From: Aplysia californica | Taxonomy: Eukaryota | DNA length: 64,000 nt | Direction: 5' to 3' | NCBI RefSeq assembly: GCF_000002075.1 | Contig: NW_004797796.1 | Span: 489,305 to 553,304, forward strand | In this document: piece after piece, positions 40,501 through 51,220 of the stretch | How positions within the stretch are numbered: position 1 is the first letter of the stretch | How the letters are laid out: each line of letters opens with the position of its first letter | Made by a program: the position numbers and the translations under genes | Notes under the pieces: model-generated | Databases searched by the model: none | What the model was told of the DNA's origin: nothing | Seen by the model: the letters and a program-made list of their open reading frames with translations, nothing else

Positions 40501-42745
40501 CTAGAGTTGAAGAACCATGTTAAAACAGTTACCGCCCCTTACAAGTATCCAAGAAGGGTAAGTGTTTGAATATATGGATATACTATAATGATGAAAAAGA
40601 ATGAATGGCAATCAATTAACTAGTGCATGTTTTGCTTAAATAAAAGCCTCTACTGGCTTTGCAATTTACATTGATGAAAGGCTTTGATCTTAGTTGAATT
40701 ATGGAAGTTAATGAAGATGACTGTTCCGTATGGCTGATTTCAGGCTTAAGATGGAGATACAGTGGTCTTTGCCTAAGATCCATGTGCTTCGGAGTAACAA
40801 AAATATGGGATCTTAGGTAAATGGGATGCCGTAGCCGAACCATCAGGACGAAGAACCCACTTTTAAATGTATTGATGTGATCCCTTATACAGTGGGAGTC
40901 GCATTCAACGAGGTTGCCGGGACCGGCTTGTTGTCCTTGTTGGATCCGACCTCTCTTTGAACATGACTATAAAGTTATTATATTACACGATGTACCAATA
41001 CCAGTAATTAAAACAGCTGTTCCCCCTGATGACGAAAACCCCAAAAAAGCATCAGTGTGCGGAGTTGGAGCTGTGTTCTGACCGTCCTTTCTGTATTTTA
41101 AAATATTTTTTTTTCGAACACTTCTCTTGTGGAAATGTACCCTCTCACATCTGGACCTAGATCTACATAAAGTAAAGGCGGGAGCTTGGATTTTCTGATC
41201 AGGGAAGAAAAGAAAATTGAAAAAAATTAAGGTCTCGATCTAGACTTACCCATCCAGAGTTCATCCAGTTTCACACAGCCCACGTCGCGTTCCCTCCCAT
41301 CCCTACCGTAGGCCAACCCTCGCCCATCCTCCTGGCTTTGGGACCCATATTAGTATTAGGAGGCTCACTAGATAGCAATACAATGCGTTAGGAATGGAGG
41401 ATGGGCCTTGTGCTTCGCGTGAGATGGAGAGAAAGTACAAAAATTCTTTGATTTTGGGACCGCTAACTGCTTTTATTTGGTTATCGTAACCTCGTTGAAA
41501 GCGACTTCGGTCTGTTTGCAACCTTGTTGGAGCTAACGTACATTTACAAAGAGATATAGAGGGAAAAATCAGGGATTAAAGATTGCCTCTTTAGAGCCGA
41601 CTTCTCGTTGAATGTGACCTCGTTGAATGCGACACCCACTGTAACTTAATATGAAAAAAAATTGGTGAACTTGATGACCAATAACAATGGTCTTTTCCTA
41701 ATTTGATGAGGCATTCCATGTTTATAAATTTGGCTGTGTGAATTTCATATTTTGGGAGACTGATATTTTCCTTGAATAAATAAACCCATCGGAATTTCTC
41801 AAGCCTTTGCCACTCGACTGAAAGCTGCTTATTGGGAAGAATAAGTTCTACATTCCAATCATTGCTGGCAACAGCTACTGCTTTGTTTTTGAGAATATTT
41901 TTATGCATACTTAGTGTCAGAATGTTAGTGTTTTTTGTATGACACTTTTATTTTGGGCTGTGGATACCTCCTCTTCTCCTCTTTGTTGGAGACAACATCT
42001 AATCAGTTGTTACTGTTGTCCTTCTCTGTTATTGAAAGATGTGTTTCAACTCCATCTTGTATGTCTCTTGGTAATGGATGTAATGCCCAAAACATTGAGT
42101 GCTAATTTGTTTCACGTCAGAAGCTTTCAAACACAAGTATATGTTCTTTGTTTTGGCAATCTGTGCAGGTAGGTGGAGAGTGCTACTGGTAGAGCCTGCT
42201 TCTTTTCTTTCCACTTTGTTTTTTCTATCCTTCTATATTGCATTCCTCAGCACTCTCTTTCTCAAACTACACTTAACTAAACTGATAAAGTGTGGCTGTT
42301 GTTGTTTTCACTTGCAATGTTCTATCACTCCACTCTTTTCGCCATCCTTGCTAAATGGAATGATCCCATACTATACTTGATGCTGATTGTAGAATTAGAC
42401 AACTACTATTTTGGGTGGTTGGCATGTGCTCTGGTGTGGTTTGCTACTTCCCTAGCAAACATCTATCGTTCTTATCTCTCCTCCTTTTTTGGGGTTTGTT
42501 ACTCTCTTTTAACACCTGTATAATCTTCTGCACTTTTACAACCTAAATGTGTTGCAAACACAGTAAAACTCTTCTAAAATTAAACCAGACAACTTTTCTT
42601 AAAAGTTTATATGGCACAACTTCTTGATGTGATTTCTTTTTACTTGAATTTTCCCCAGATTGAATTTGTCACAGAGTTGCCAAAAACCATAAGTGGGAAA
42701 ATTCGACGAGTAGAACTTCGCAACAAAGAGTGGAACAAGGAGTAA
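10349..42745 (+). CDS. ACSM3: Medium-chain acyl-CoA synthetase, ACSM3-like, mitochondrial (15 coding exons, 597 aa; whole span)
   Basis: Manual splicing of 15 GT-AG exons gives 1794 nt in one open frame. ANL/AMP-binding motifs: [82 protein letters not shown] (catalytic Lys). The symbol marks closest family resemblance, not proven orthology. Confidence 0.93.
10983..11086 (+). CDS. ACSM coding exon 2 ([15 protein letters not shown]...[12 protein letters not shown])
   Basis: tcctctag acceptor, CG|GTCAG donor, phase 0 to 2; family-typical PAFWWV and KWSF. Confidence 0.9.
12322..12434 (+). CDS. ACSM coding exon 3 ([38 protein letters not shown])
   Basis: tttcag acceptor, G|GTAAG donor, phase 2 to 1. 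Confidence 0.95.
14667..14850 (+). mobile_element. tRNA-derived SINE (family A)
   Basis: A box TGGCTCAGTTGG, B-box-like GTTTCAATCC; diverged relative at 49585. Confidence 0.55.
15227..15345 (+). CDS. ACSM coding exon 4 ([20 protein letters not shown]...YVDE)
   Basis: ttacag acceptor, GAG|GTAAG donor, phase 1 to 0. Confidence 0.93.
15370..15560 (+). mobile_element. Short retroposon family C (about 185 bp, (CTAAAA)n-type tail)
   Basis: Shared core ctttcctatcaaacatctatcgtcctt...ttactctcttgtaacacctc...gtgttgcaagtgc; six copies in the window. Confidence 0.7.
16438..16655 (+). mobile_element. tRNA-derived SINE (family B)
   Basis: B box cccgagttcga; body ttgggttggcctgacaggcagggtc shared in reverse with 40197-40385. 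Confidence 0.6.
17069..17130 (+). CDS. ACSM coding exon 5 ([20 protein letters not shown])
   Basis: Polypyrimidine tract plus aag acceptor, AG|GTATT donor, phase 0 to 2; TKILV fits the family. Confidence 0.82.
17163..17458 (+). mobile_element. 5'-truncated LINE 3' end (I/Nimb/Ingi-type CCHC) with 14 bp TSD
   Basis: [15 protein letters not shown]...[19 protein letters not shown] zinc knuckle and (GTAAA)n tail; TSD GTCTGCTTTTTTCC at 17149-17162 and 17459-17472. Confidence 0.88.
17710..18320 (+). mobile_element. Degenerate RTE-clade LINE RT fragment (repeated at about 19537-20147; related segment at about 20950-21190)
   Basis: Remnants [35 protein letters not shown]. Confidence 0.65.
18700..18975 (+). 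mobile_element. L2/CR1-type retroposon 3' tail (copy at about 20510-20784)
   Basis: tgtaatgcgcattgagc...atgcgcagtataaatgc followed by (TTA)n. Confidence 0.5.
21480..21715 (-). mobile_element. RTE-type LINE 3' fragment
   Basis: Minus frame [19 protein letters not shown] resembles the RTE RGRP..RWMD..D motif. Confidence 0.45.
21768..21822 (+). CDS. ACSM coding exon 6 ([19 protein letters not shown])
   Basis: cttttag acceptor, CAG|GTAAG donor, phase 2 to 0. Confidence 0.88.
22112..22233 (+). CDS. ACSM coding exon 7, AMP-binding P-loop ([28 protein letters not shown])
   Basis: ccgcag acceptor, AG|GTAGG donor, phase 0 to 2. Confidence 0.96.
23253..23409 (+). CDS. ACSM coding exon 8 ([27 protein letters not shown])
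   Basis: ctttcag acceptor, CAG|GTTGG donor, phase 2 to 0. Confidence 0.95.
23758..26303 (+). repeat. A-B-A structure: A 23758-24620, B 24619-25442 (copy of 8452-9275), A' 25441-26303
   Basis: Direct sequence comparison; 2 bp microhomology at each junction (TA, AA); few SNPs. Confidence 0.9.
26579..27028 (+). repeat. Minisatellite, 9 x 50 bp identical units
   Basis: Unit ATTTGAGGACTGTGTTCTAACCAGCAGTGATCTCTATACTTGTACAACAA at exact 50 bp period. Confidence 0.97.
27366..27494 (+). CDS. ACSM coding exon 9 ([18 protein letters not shown]...FAAGEPS)
   Basis: ttcccag acceptor, TCT|GTAAGT donor, phase 0 to 0. Confidence 0.93.
27690..28960 (-). mobile_element. Degenerate, internally deleted RTE LINE
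   Basis: Minus frames give the endonuclease end ([18 protein letters not shown]...ADCDTD) and the C-terminal [27 protein letters not shown]...NEEV; RT core absent. Confidence 0.65.
29064..29174 (+). mobile_element. Family C retroposon, 3'-interrupted
   Basis: Core present up to cttgtaacacc, then replaced by CAGTGGCG-starting sequence. Confidence 0.6.
29654..30153. mobile_element. Non-autonomous DNA element related (inverted) to 53590-54165
   Basis: End tttttgacggcacta; internal gagctgtgacgtaggccatat...gaagtgctgtgaacaat is the reverse complement of about 53815-53878. Left boundary approximate. Confidence 0.5.
30893..31000. mobile_element. Small TA-flanked MITE
   Basis: TA|CGGGGTG ... CACCCCG|TA. 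Confidence 0.45.
31948..32163. mobile_element. MITE
   Basis: CAAGGCGGCTAACCCA ... TGGGATAGCCTCCTTG inverted ends. Confidence 0.5.
32944..33018 (+). CDS. ACSM coding exon 10 ([25 protein letters not shown])
   Basis: tgttag acceptor, ACC|GTAAGT donor, phase 0 to 0. Confidence 0.95.
33995..34290 (-). mobile_element. SINE with conserved central-domain-like motif and L2-type tail
   Basis: Minus strand CACCCAGGTGGGAATGGGTACC and tail TGTAAAGCGCATAGAG...GCTATATAAATGC. Confidence 0.55.
34798..35039. mobile_element. Tc1/mariner-type MITE (TA TSD)
   Basis: TA|CTGCTGTAAGCTGATAAAATGCC ... GGCGTTTTGTCAGCTTACGGCAGAG|TA. Confidence 0.7.
35094..35276 (+). CDS. ACSM coding exon 11 (TLICAR...[11 protein letters not shown]...[10 protein letters not shown])
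   Basis: cctgcag acceptor, TTG|GTCAGT donor, phase 0 to 0. Confidence 0.95.
36495..36672 (+). mobile_element. Family C retroposon
   Basis: Core plus tail; candidate TSD TATGAATG on both sides. Confidence 0.7.
36752..36879 (+). CDS. ACSM coding exon 12 ([20 protein letters not shown]...[10 protein letters not shown])
   Basis: ctacag acceptor, GG|GTATT donor, phase 0 to 2. Confidence 0.95.
38918..39017 (+). CDS. ACSM coding exon 13 ([34 protein letters not shown])
   Basis: tcttag acceptor, GAG|GTAAT donor, phase 2 to 0. Confidence 0.96.
39028..39214 (+). mobile_element. Family C retroposon
   Basis: Core plus actaaaactaaaag tail. Confidence 0.7.
40197..40385 (-). mobile_element. tRNA-derived SINE (family B)
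   Basis: gaccctgcctgtcaggccaacccagg and gggaatcgaactcggg are reverse complements of the 16438 copy. Confidence 0.6.
40438..40557 (+). CDS. ACSM coding exon 14 (VVKAFVIL...TAPYKYPRR)
   Basis: ttgcag acceptor, AGG|GTAAG donor, phase 0 to 0. Confidence 0.95.
40890..41641. mobile_element. Tigger/pogo-like non-autonomous element
   Basis: TA|CAGTGGGAGTCGCATTCAACGAG ... CTCGTTGAATGCGACACCCACTG|TA. Confidence 0.8.
42410..42586 (+). mobile_element. Family C retroposon
   Basis: Core plus tail; candidate TSD AGACAACT. Confidence 0.7.
42659..42745 (+). CDS. ACSM coding exon 15 ([28 protein letters not shown])
   Basis: ttccccag acceptor, TAA 42743-42745; A10 catalytic lysine motif. Confidence 0.95.
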   Translation: MEFVTELPKTISGKIRRVELRNKEWNKE

Positions 42746-43984
42746 CTGTCAACCTCTGCTTCATGTCATCAACAGTTGACTCTTGTGTAAATGTGTTACT
42801 GTGTCCTCGTCTGGGAAGTCATCCACAACATTTTTACTCGTGAGAATACTCCTACAATGACAACTGATTTAGTCAAAAAGCTATCAAATGTCAAGTTTAC
42901 CTTTTTGTCATTATCATACTCAAAACAATCTTGAAATCCTTTTTTCTTTCCTTATAAGCTGTTGTTGAACCTAATGTACTACAAGTGGTAAATGATAAAA
43001 ACGTAGCTTTAAAAAAAACCTCAAGTACAGCATAGATGATTTTTGTTCTTTTATCATGTTTGAATGCAAAAACCTTCAAGTGCTGTAAAAAAACATTCTC
43101 ATGTGTTCATCCATTCCCTGTCTTTTCAATGAAAAAAAGTTGTTGGTTGCTGCCACTTTGTGATTGCATGTCAGGTCACAGGTGCTATTGCTCAACGCCT
43201 CAGTGAACTCTTCCTGTTGTTTCCCAAAGCTCAAAATGTCTTCAGAATGTCGAATGTGGGAAAGGTTGTGCTCAAACTTCATATTATATTTTTTTCCTTT
43301 GAATCTTATCATAGGTGCCTGCATAATATTTATCATATATAGAGGCAGTTGGTTATTATTATTCCCTTCTTAGGAAATTATTTAGCTCATGTGATGAATC
43401 TCTGATTTATTATCCAAATTCATAGCTGTGTCACTGAAACTGCTCATTTTTACAGTTTGTCTTTATTAATAATCATGGAAGGCATGGGGTATAGAATTTC
43501 CCATTCTTTTAAAATTGCTGATGGCATGTCTAATTGTGAAACAGGAGAAAGAAAAAATGTTACTTGTAAGTGTAAGTTGTGCATTCTTGGTTGTGAGCTT
43601 TATGGAAGTTCACAGGCAGGTCTTTATGCTTCTTTTTCAATGTGGCTGCTCTGTTTTTGTTATTCATGCAAGTTCCACGCAATCTCAAGCTACTATATGG
43701 TGCATGTTGAGAGGTCAGTAAAATAATGATACCTCGACTCTTTCTTTGCTACGATTGTCTTTGTTGGTTTTCCGCGTTTGTGAAAAGTAGAGCAGGGAAA
43801 AGCCAGTTACGGGTTTTAATTGTTTTTTGTCCTGTGTCCTATTTTATGGTGCCAGATGTTAGTTACATGTACAGCTTTAGATTGTTGGACAATGTTATGG
43901 CTGAAAAAATCTCTTGTAATTCATTGCTGCTGCTGCTATAATTTTTGCTTCCGAGGAAAAATTGCTATATGTGTCAAGAATTGT

Positions 43985-43994
43985 GATGATGATA

Positions 43995-44027
<33 letters not shown>
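43985..44027 (+). repeat. (GAT)n microsatellite
   Basis: Direct observation. Confidence 0.9.
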
Positions 44028-44291
44028 TATCAGTTGCGAGCCGTAAAACCCCAAACTAAAAAAAAAAAGATGATGTATCAAAGTAGACTAAGCAATGCTG
44101 ATGAAAATTTATGAAATCACAATGATGATGATATTTGGTAGCCATTTAGTTTCAATTTTAGCGCCTACTCTAGATCCCCCCAGGCTGTTCTAGGAGGCAG
44201 GACATATCTCTCATTCCCTCTCCTCACATAGTTATTGGACTTATTTTATTTTAAAACTCGAGAGTGATGTTTGTTTCCAACAAAAATGTTC

Positions 44292-44297
44292 AATAAA
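44292..44297 (+). terminator. Candidate poly(A) signal AATAAA for the ACSM 3' UTR
   Basis: AATAAA about 1.55 kb after the stop, with ATTAAA about 25 nt later; untested. Confidence 0.25.
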
Positions 44298-45049
44298 AGT
44301 TATGATACATTATGTAGCATTAAAGTTTCACAAAAAGAAGAAGTGGAAAGAAGGATTGGGTACCTTCTAGATGTTATATCATGGATTGACACTGAAAGAA
44401 TTAAGGACTGTAAATTGCAATACTTGATTTTAATTTGTTTTTGATATAATGGTCAACCTCTTCATAAAACTGTTGACATGTTGTGTTATCGCATCTTTGT
44501 GACATGTCATTATAAAGGTGTGGTTGAATTCTGTTGTCAAATGAACAATTCAACAATTCTTTTTAAAGAGATTGGCGGGTTTTCCATGTTCATAAAAAGG
44601 CTTCAGTACACAGTCCAGCATGGATAACTTGAACATGTCGGGGATTGACCAATGAGCTTGACCCCCACTTCCATAATTCGGGTAATCCTTTGGAGCAAAA
44701 AATTAATTTTTTTAGGTTGAGTATTATGCTTGTATTGTCAAAAATATAACTATACTATTAGTACTAAACTGCTGACTATAAGTGACATTTGATTCTTCTA
44801 TTTTTTGAAAAGTGAATATTTCAATGAAGTCAGGGTGAGATTATGAATTTTTGTAGATGATATAAAAACTGATGTCATGTAGCCTACTATTAATAACTCA
44901 TTTAGTAATTTTTTTCTTATAACTCAGTCTTCACCTGTATTCAAGTTGTAAACACAATTTTTTCATGTATGCATATATGATCTTTAGTTTAACATGATAT
45001 TTACTTGCTATGCAAGATGTATAAACATTTATTTCTCCGGAGATTTTGT

Positions 45050-45774
45050 GTCATGACGCGGTGGAAACAGTAGCTTGTCAATTTTGGGCACATGGAGTTA
45101 TTGGTGTCCCCTTCACTCGTTTTATCCTGGCCGTACCCCTACTGACTCTGCCGCACCATACGAGTTGGAATTCAGGGTGTATATTTCAAGGTGCTGTATT
45201 TCTTATGTTTGCTCTTAGGTTTTAAGGAAATTTGGCAGCTATGTTAGAAATTGAATGTAGTTTTTATAAATGTATGGGGTTAGGAATTACCCCAATTGCA
45301 GAATGTAGATTTTGAGGTGTATTCCACCCTCCAACTTGACCCTGATTGCCGCCCACACGAGGTCCCATTGGATTTTTATAGCAGATCTAGATCTAGCCCT
45401 TCCCATCGATACAGCACGAATTCCAGTACTGACCCCTTCACCATAATCTGGATCGCTATTAGATGAGTCTAAGTCCTGTTATCATCCGCAACGGAATTTA
45501 CGGCACTTGATTCTGTCACCCCCTCACAACCCAGCACCACTTCAAAAAGTTCTTCGTCAGTTGTGAACGTGGGTTTTTGAGACATCTTTCAAGCTTCTAC
45601 ACCCATCAAAAACGAAGAAACCACTGTTCATTGAAAATTTTTTATATTCAGACAGAGCTAGCATCGCCATATTGGCGTATTTTGGTAAATACAAGCAGAA
45701 CTAGCTTCTTTGAGGTGACTGTTTAGCTGGTCCGAGTTTACTCAAGAGTATACTCGTAGCCCGGATAAGAAGAG
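45050..45774 (-). mobile_element. Possible piggyBac-like 5' end fragment
   Basis: TTAA at 45775-45778 next to a CpG-rich terminus; minus frame MSQKPTFTTDEELFEVV...DSSNSDPDY is an acidic N-terminus. Other end not found. Confidence 0.35.
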
Positions 45775-48125
45775 TTAAAGTTTGTTCATTTTGCTACCTC
45801 ATAAAATGATTACAAAGTTCAATCTGCACTGTACATGTACCTAGTTTTTAGATTTGACATTAATGATTTTGAGTTTCACATCATGTCAAGCTTTTTCGAA
45901 TGCAATTTCTTTGAATATCTTGATAATGACTCTGAATAATCTTACGATTTTGATAGAGCAAGTTGAACATTTGGTTTCTGACATAATGGTCTTAATTACT
46001 CAAAACGGCCAAAAATGTCAGATAGAACTTTGTGATTATGAGGGAGTGATTTGAATTGCTTTTGGTGAAAAAATACCCATGTCTATCTTGAATAGAAGTC
46101 AAGATTATTGATGAAGATTGGCGTCTCCTGGGTTCAGAGTTAAAATCAGTGAGAAAGTGGCTGGCAAAGTTTGGTGACTTCCAAAGCTATAGAGTCCTAA
46201 GAAACTGCAAATTATCATTTTTGTGTGCCTTTAATCAATGTCTTTAGTAAAATCCACAGAGAAATTGTGTTTTTAAATGGGCATAACAGGTGTTGAGCTA
46301 AACTAAAAAGCAAAAAATCTTACAAAAATTGCCATACGAGCGAAAAAAAGCTGCTGGTTTCTTCGATTTCATATCATTATTGTGACGAGAGGTTGATTTC
46401 ACCATGATATACATACATCTTGTGTGTATGTTTTAAGGGTTAAATTCATAAGTGTGGAAATACCTGGGTTGGTGCTGACAGTCAGAAACAAAGCGACCTG
46501 CGGCCTAAATGATTTGTTTTTTTAGAAGGGTGCATTATAATGGTAATTACCAATCTTTTTCGTTCATATGTCGTTTTCTTTAACGTAGTATCTCAATTTG
46601 CTGATGAATTATATATTAAGTTAAGTATACTGGGTGCTGCTCTGGCTTTGCATCTCGCTGCTTCAAAATGTTTGCCAAGTGGGTCATGATTTTTTTTTTC
46701 TCAGAAAAAAGAGTGAGTAGGGTCAGAACATGCAGTGAATACATCGAGATGGTATGTACCGTAACTATGTTGCTCGACACACATATGAGGAAAAATGAAT
46801 TTGCTATTTAAGGGGTTTATCTATAATCTATTCATGTTACAGTTAGTTTTTTTTGTTTGCACCCCACTTTTACTTTTACATCAATTCTTTGCCTTTCTTC
46901 CCCAGTGAAGAGAAAAAAATGTAAAAATGTTTTTTGCTGCATTTCTCCAAAATGTTGTCTATTCTCAGTTGGCTTAATAAATTATGATGTTAACACCCCG
47001 ACATCCTTCCCCAGGGGATCTTGCATCTTTTAAGAACCATACTGTGTTGAAAGGAGTGTAAAAATCATATCCACAATCTGTTGTACACTACCGGGGTATG
47101 AAATGTTCTTGCAATACAGGACTATGATCAGCATTGATTATATTTTTATAATGCCATACTTGCCTGTTCTTGTTGAATTTTATTCAAGATGCTAATGTGC
47201 CTTTACCTGAACCTTTTACATACTGTTGAACCTTTTCGGAAAGTTTTTTTGTCTATTTCTCAAGATTATTTTCCTTTTTTAAAGTTCAGTCTATAATATA
47301 ATACTCAGATGTACATGGAATTAAAAATGTCTATACAAAAAATATCCCTGCTTTCTTTTTTTTTTTTTTACTATTCTTTGCCATGGAGTTGAGTTATGTT
47401 TGGTTTTTCTTTGAGCGAGTCTATCTTTAACGCCTGATGAGCCTTTGATGGAAGGTATCACCAGTCACTTGTCTGTGCTCCTACTTTTGTTTTCTTTGTC
47501 TGTTATTTGGCTAATTTGGTTAATTAAATTTTAGTTTGAGGAAAGAGAACCACAAGCACATCGAAATGATAATGAAATGGCTATTTAGTGCAGGGATAAA
47601 GCAAAATAGAAGCAACACAGAAAGAGACATATGATCTACTAATGGCACCCTCCAACCAATCACTTGTCATTCGTGTACGGTATCAAAGTTTAGTGAATAA
47701 AAACTTCCCAAGGGGGTTCTCACTAATGGTCTAGAGGTAAGGTGTTTTCCTCCCATTCAAAAGGTCTTGGGTTTGAATGATGATGGCTCTGAAAAATGTT
47801 CTTCTCTAAAATTTTCTTTTTCCACCTCCTTCCCTGTTCTCCAGTCATGTACCGTCTTTCATCATCATTTTCTTGCCATCTGTCCAGAATTTCCTGGAAT
47901 TGTCCCAGATTTGGCAGTTGAAAATTTGAGAGGTCATTCACATACACTGCACCAAAACCAGCCCCATTTTGATGTAATTTTGTTTGTCATGTAGTAATCT
48001 GATGTAAAAAACATTGGGTGTTCTGTACCTGACTGGGTTTTGAACAAGTTGGCAAGTCTGAGTCCCGTTTTAAAACTTTACTCTGTTTGGGTTTACATTT
48101 ATTTATTCATTTATGAATTTAAGTA

Positions 48126-48945
48126 CAGTGGAGTCCACTTATAACGAGTCCTGAAATAACGAGAAGTCTGTTATAAAGACACTTTTCTAAAACCCCGCTT
48201 TTTTCCTTCTTTATCTTTGTAAATAAAATGCCGCTATAGCGCAATCAGACAAACGCACGAGTCGGTTATAGCGGAATATTGCTGCTGCTGTGCATAGCGC
48301 ATAGGCTAGTATTATATAAAACCTCTCCAGTTGAGAAACTTGTCGGTGATTTAGCGAAACCAAGGATCTTACAACAACTCGTTGAGCGGAACAAAGAATG
48401 GGAAAGCACACGTGTGCCAACAGTGAAGGCCGGAGCGAATGAGTGGGGAGGGTGTGGTATGCACAGACAGACAGGACGCATTGCGTGATAGGCCAGCCTA
48501 GTCTAAATTATCTAGGCCTATCATGCCTCTCACTTCTCCGATGCGGAGATAGAGAGGCCATAGTGCTGTGATGGATGGAGCGAATGTGTGACGTGCGCAA
48601 GCAGACGGAATGCACCACAGGGTGTGGTGGGGTGGGGGACAACACAGCAGGTGAGTTAGCCTAAAACCCTTTCTTTCTGATCGCCAACGCCGAGCTGTCA
48701 ACATAGCTAGTGCTAGAGAAAGAAACCTGATTCGATTTTTGATCAAATAAGACTTAAAGGTCATGTTGAATAAAATCATCATCAGGGGAGATTACAAAAA
48801 GAAGTAAACAGAACACCAAACTCATGGATAAGGCTTACTTTACTATTTCCCTTGAATTTATAACTGGATCCCTTATAACGAGAATCCTGGTATAACGGAC
48901 ATTTTGCCCCGGTACTCTCCCTCTCGTTTAGACAGGATTCCACTG
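48126..48945. mobile_element. Tigger/pogo-like non-autonomous element
   Basis: TA|CAGTGGAGTCC ... GGATTCCACTG|TA with repeated ATAACGAG motifs. Confidence 0.75.
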
Positions 48946-49374
48946 TAATACGATGTTTACAAACCACCTTCTTTAAAGAATGCTATGCAGAAACAAAGAT
49001 AGTAGACCAACGAATGGTTTGCCCCTTTATCTGACATTAGACTGCAAGTTTGCAAGTTGGTTCATTCTCATTTCACAAAGGTGTTCTAATCAATTCCTGC
49101 TGTTTTTTAGACTTCACCTTTAACACTGATGAAAAGATGTTTGACTTTATTTCTCAAATAAAAAATCTTTTAGGACAATGCTCTTACCCATTACATGCAT
49201 AATTTACATATAATATCTCTTATATCCCGCAGTATAGTATCTGGCATGCAAATAGATGGAGCCACTGATACTATACAGGGACGTCGCTTATAGTTTCTTA
49301 GAAAATACATTTATTAACAGTAAATAGGGCAGCACATTTTAATTTTCATTGTGGAGTGCTTGTTGCCTTCTAAC

Positions 49375-49567
49375 TCCGTCCCCGTGGTTTTATGCACCCC
49401 GCATAATTTAGCAAAATTTGATGATTTTTTGCATAATTTCTGATTATTTTCCTTCCTCATTCTTTGTTAGATCTATATAAAATCAACGTAATCGCATAAT
49501 TTAACATTTTTGGGCTCAGTTTGCATAATTTCATAATTTTTTTTGCATAAAACCACGAGGACAGCAG
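49375..49567. mobile_element. MITE (GTCCCCGT family)
   Basis: GTCCCCGTGGTTTTATGC ... GCATAAAACCACGAGGAC; internal GCATAATT repeats; related to the 52247 element. Confidence 0.65.
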
Positions 49568-49584
49568 TAACTACAAAAAGCACA

Positions 49585-49760
49585 TCTTTAGCTCAGTTGG
49601 TATGCTGCGCCATGATTTGGATGGTTCAGTTCGAATCATTGAAGAGGATTTCTTGAACCTTGTTTGGATAGTTTTCATTATAATGCCTCATCTGTTGGGC
49701 TAGATCCTAATAAAGTTGGGCATTTAACTTGGGAGGTCCTGCCTCATTAAATAGCCCAAC
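49585..49760 (+). mobile_element. tRNA-derived SINE (family A)
   Basis: TAGCTCAGTTGG...GTTCGAATC head; shares a body segment (ggaggt.c.gcct) with the 14667 copy. Confidence 0.5.
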
Positions 49761-50632
49761 ACGCGAAGATAAAAATAAGAAAATATGCCATGATTTTATC
49801 GCTACTTGAAAGCAACCTCGAGTGGTGACCGTCACTAATCTGGCATTGTGCACTGTGTTATCCTTGCTCCTGACAGAAGCGGTAGGAGAGCATCAGTCAC
49901 AGTGGGCAGCAAGTCATATGGGGAGTCATTAATTTAGAAATGCTGAAACGAAGAGATAAACAGACAAACTGCACACATCCACAAATTAGTGTGGGGCTTT
50001 AAGTTTAAGATGCCCAAAACTTGGCAGACTTTTCTCTGCCAGAATTGGTCTCATTGGCCATAGCAAAAGCTCTTAGTCATCTTAACCTTTAATACTTTTT
50101 TTTATCACTTGAAAAATATTCTTCTCTGTGCATGCAATGTTCCTCGTTAGACATTGATGGACAAACTATTTCTTCTTAGGCAACCTTCTTATTGTTATTA
50201 TAATACTGATGTAAATGATGTTATGTGGACATCAATAACACATCGGGGACACTACAGACCGGCAGCCTGGGGTCAGATTTTGAACTCGCCTAAGATCTTG
50301 TCCATCCTCATGGTAGTCCCAGCCAGCCACAATCATGGCTGTTTTGAATGATTGTGTAGTAGTAGTAATGAACAAAACTGGACAGACAAACAACAATGGA
50401 AAAGGAAAGAAGTAAGATCTACCGCTGGTGCCCTCTTACCATCCATTTTTATGCCAACCTGCAGAGCAAGTGTTCCGGTTGGCAGAAAAAAAAGATACCT
50501 AAAACTTTCGTGTTGGCTTCCATATGATATGATATAGGCTATTAAAATACATGCAACAATTTTCGTGCTTGAGCAAGTTTGAAAAAAAGAGGAGCACTTT
50601 GACACAATAATGCTTATTCATTGCTTAGAAAA

Positions 50633-50633
<1 letters not shown>

Positions 50634-50689
<56 letters not shown>
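50634..50689 (+). repeat. (GACA)n microsatellite
   Basis: Direct observation. Confidence 0.9.
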
Positions 50690-51035
50690 GGAGGAGGAAA
50701 AGTGTGAAGTCCAACCACCGGCCATACTTAGTGTCTAGTGGGATAAAAAGCTAAAACATGTTTTTAAAAAAAGCGAGCAAAACTTGCTTTATCAACACTA
50801 ATTGCAATGGCTACATTTCAGCTGACCCAAGTTAAATTCTAACAGAGACGTCCCTGAATCAAAGTTGATCAGTCAGAAATATTCATTTTTAAAGTGGGTT
50901 TAATTTAGTTAAGTTTCAGTGAAGAGAAGCACAATGACACACAAATGGCTACTGACTGAAAGAAAAAGGCAAGGCAGACACGACCTACGGTGCCTACCAC
51001 TACCAGTGGCCCCCTCAAACCACTCGCACCGTATG

Positions 51036-51220
51036 ATTGGTGGGTGTTCTGGTGTGGTTTGCTCCTTCTTTCCTATCAAACATCTATCATCATCCTTATA
51101 AATCTCTCCTCCTTCCTTTTTGTGTTTGCTACTCTCTTGTAACACCTCTAATCTATGTCACTTATAAGACCTTAATGTGTTGCAAGTGCTGTAAAACTCT
51201 TACTTAAACTTAAAACAAAA
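51036..51220 (+). mobile_element. Family C retroposon
   Basis: Core plus ttaaacttaaaacaaaa tail. Confidence 0.7.
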
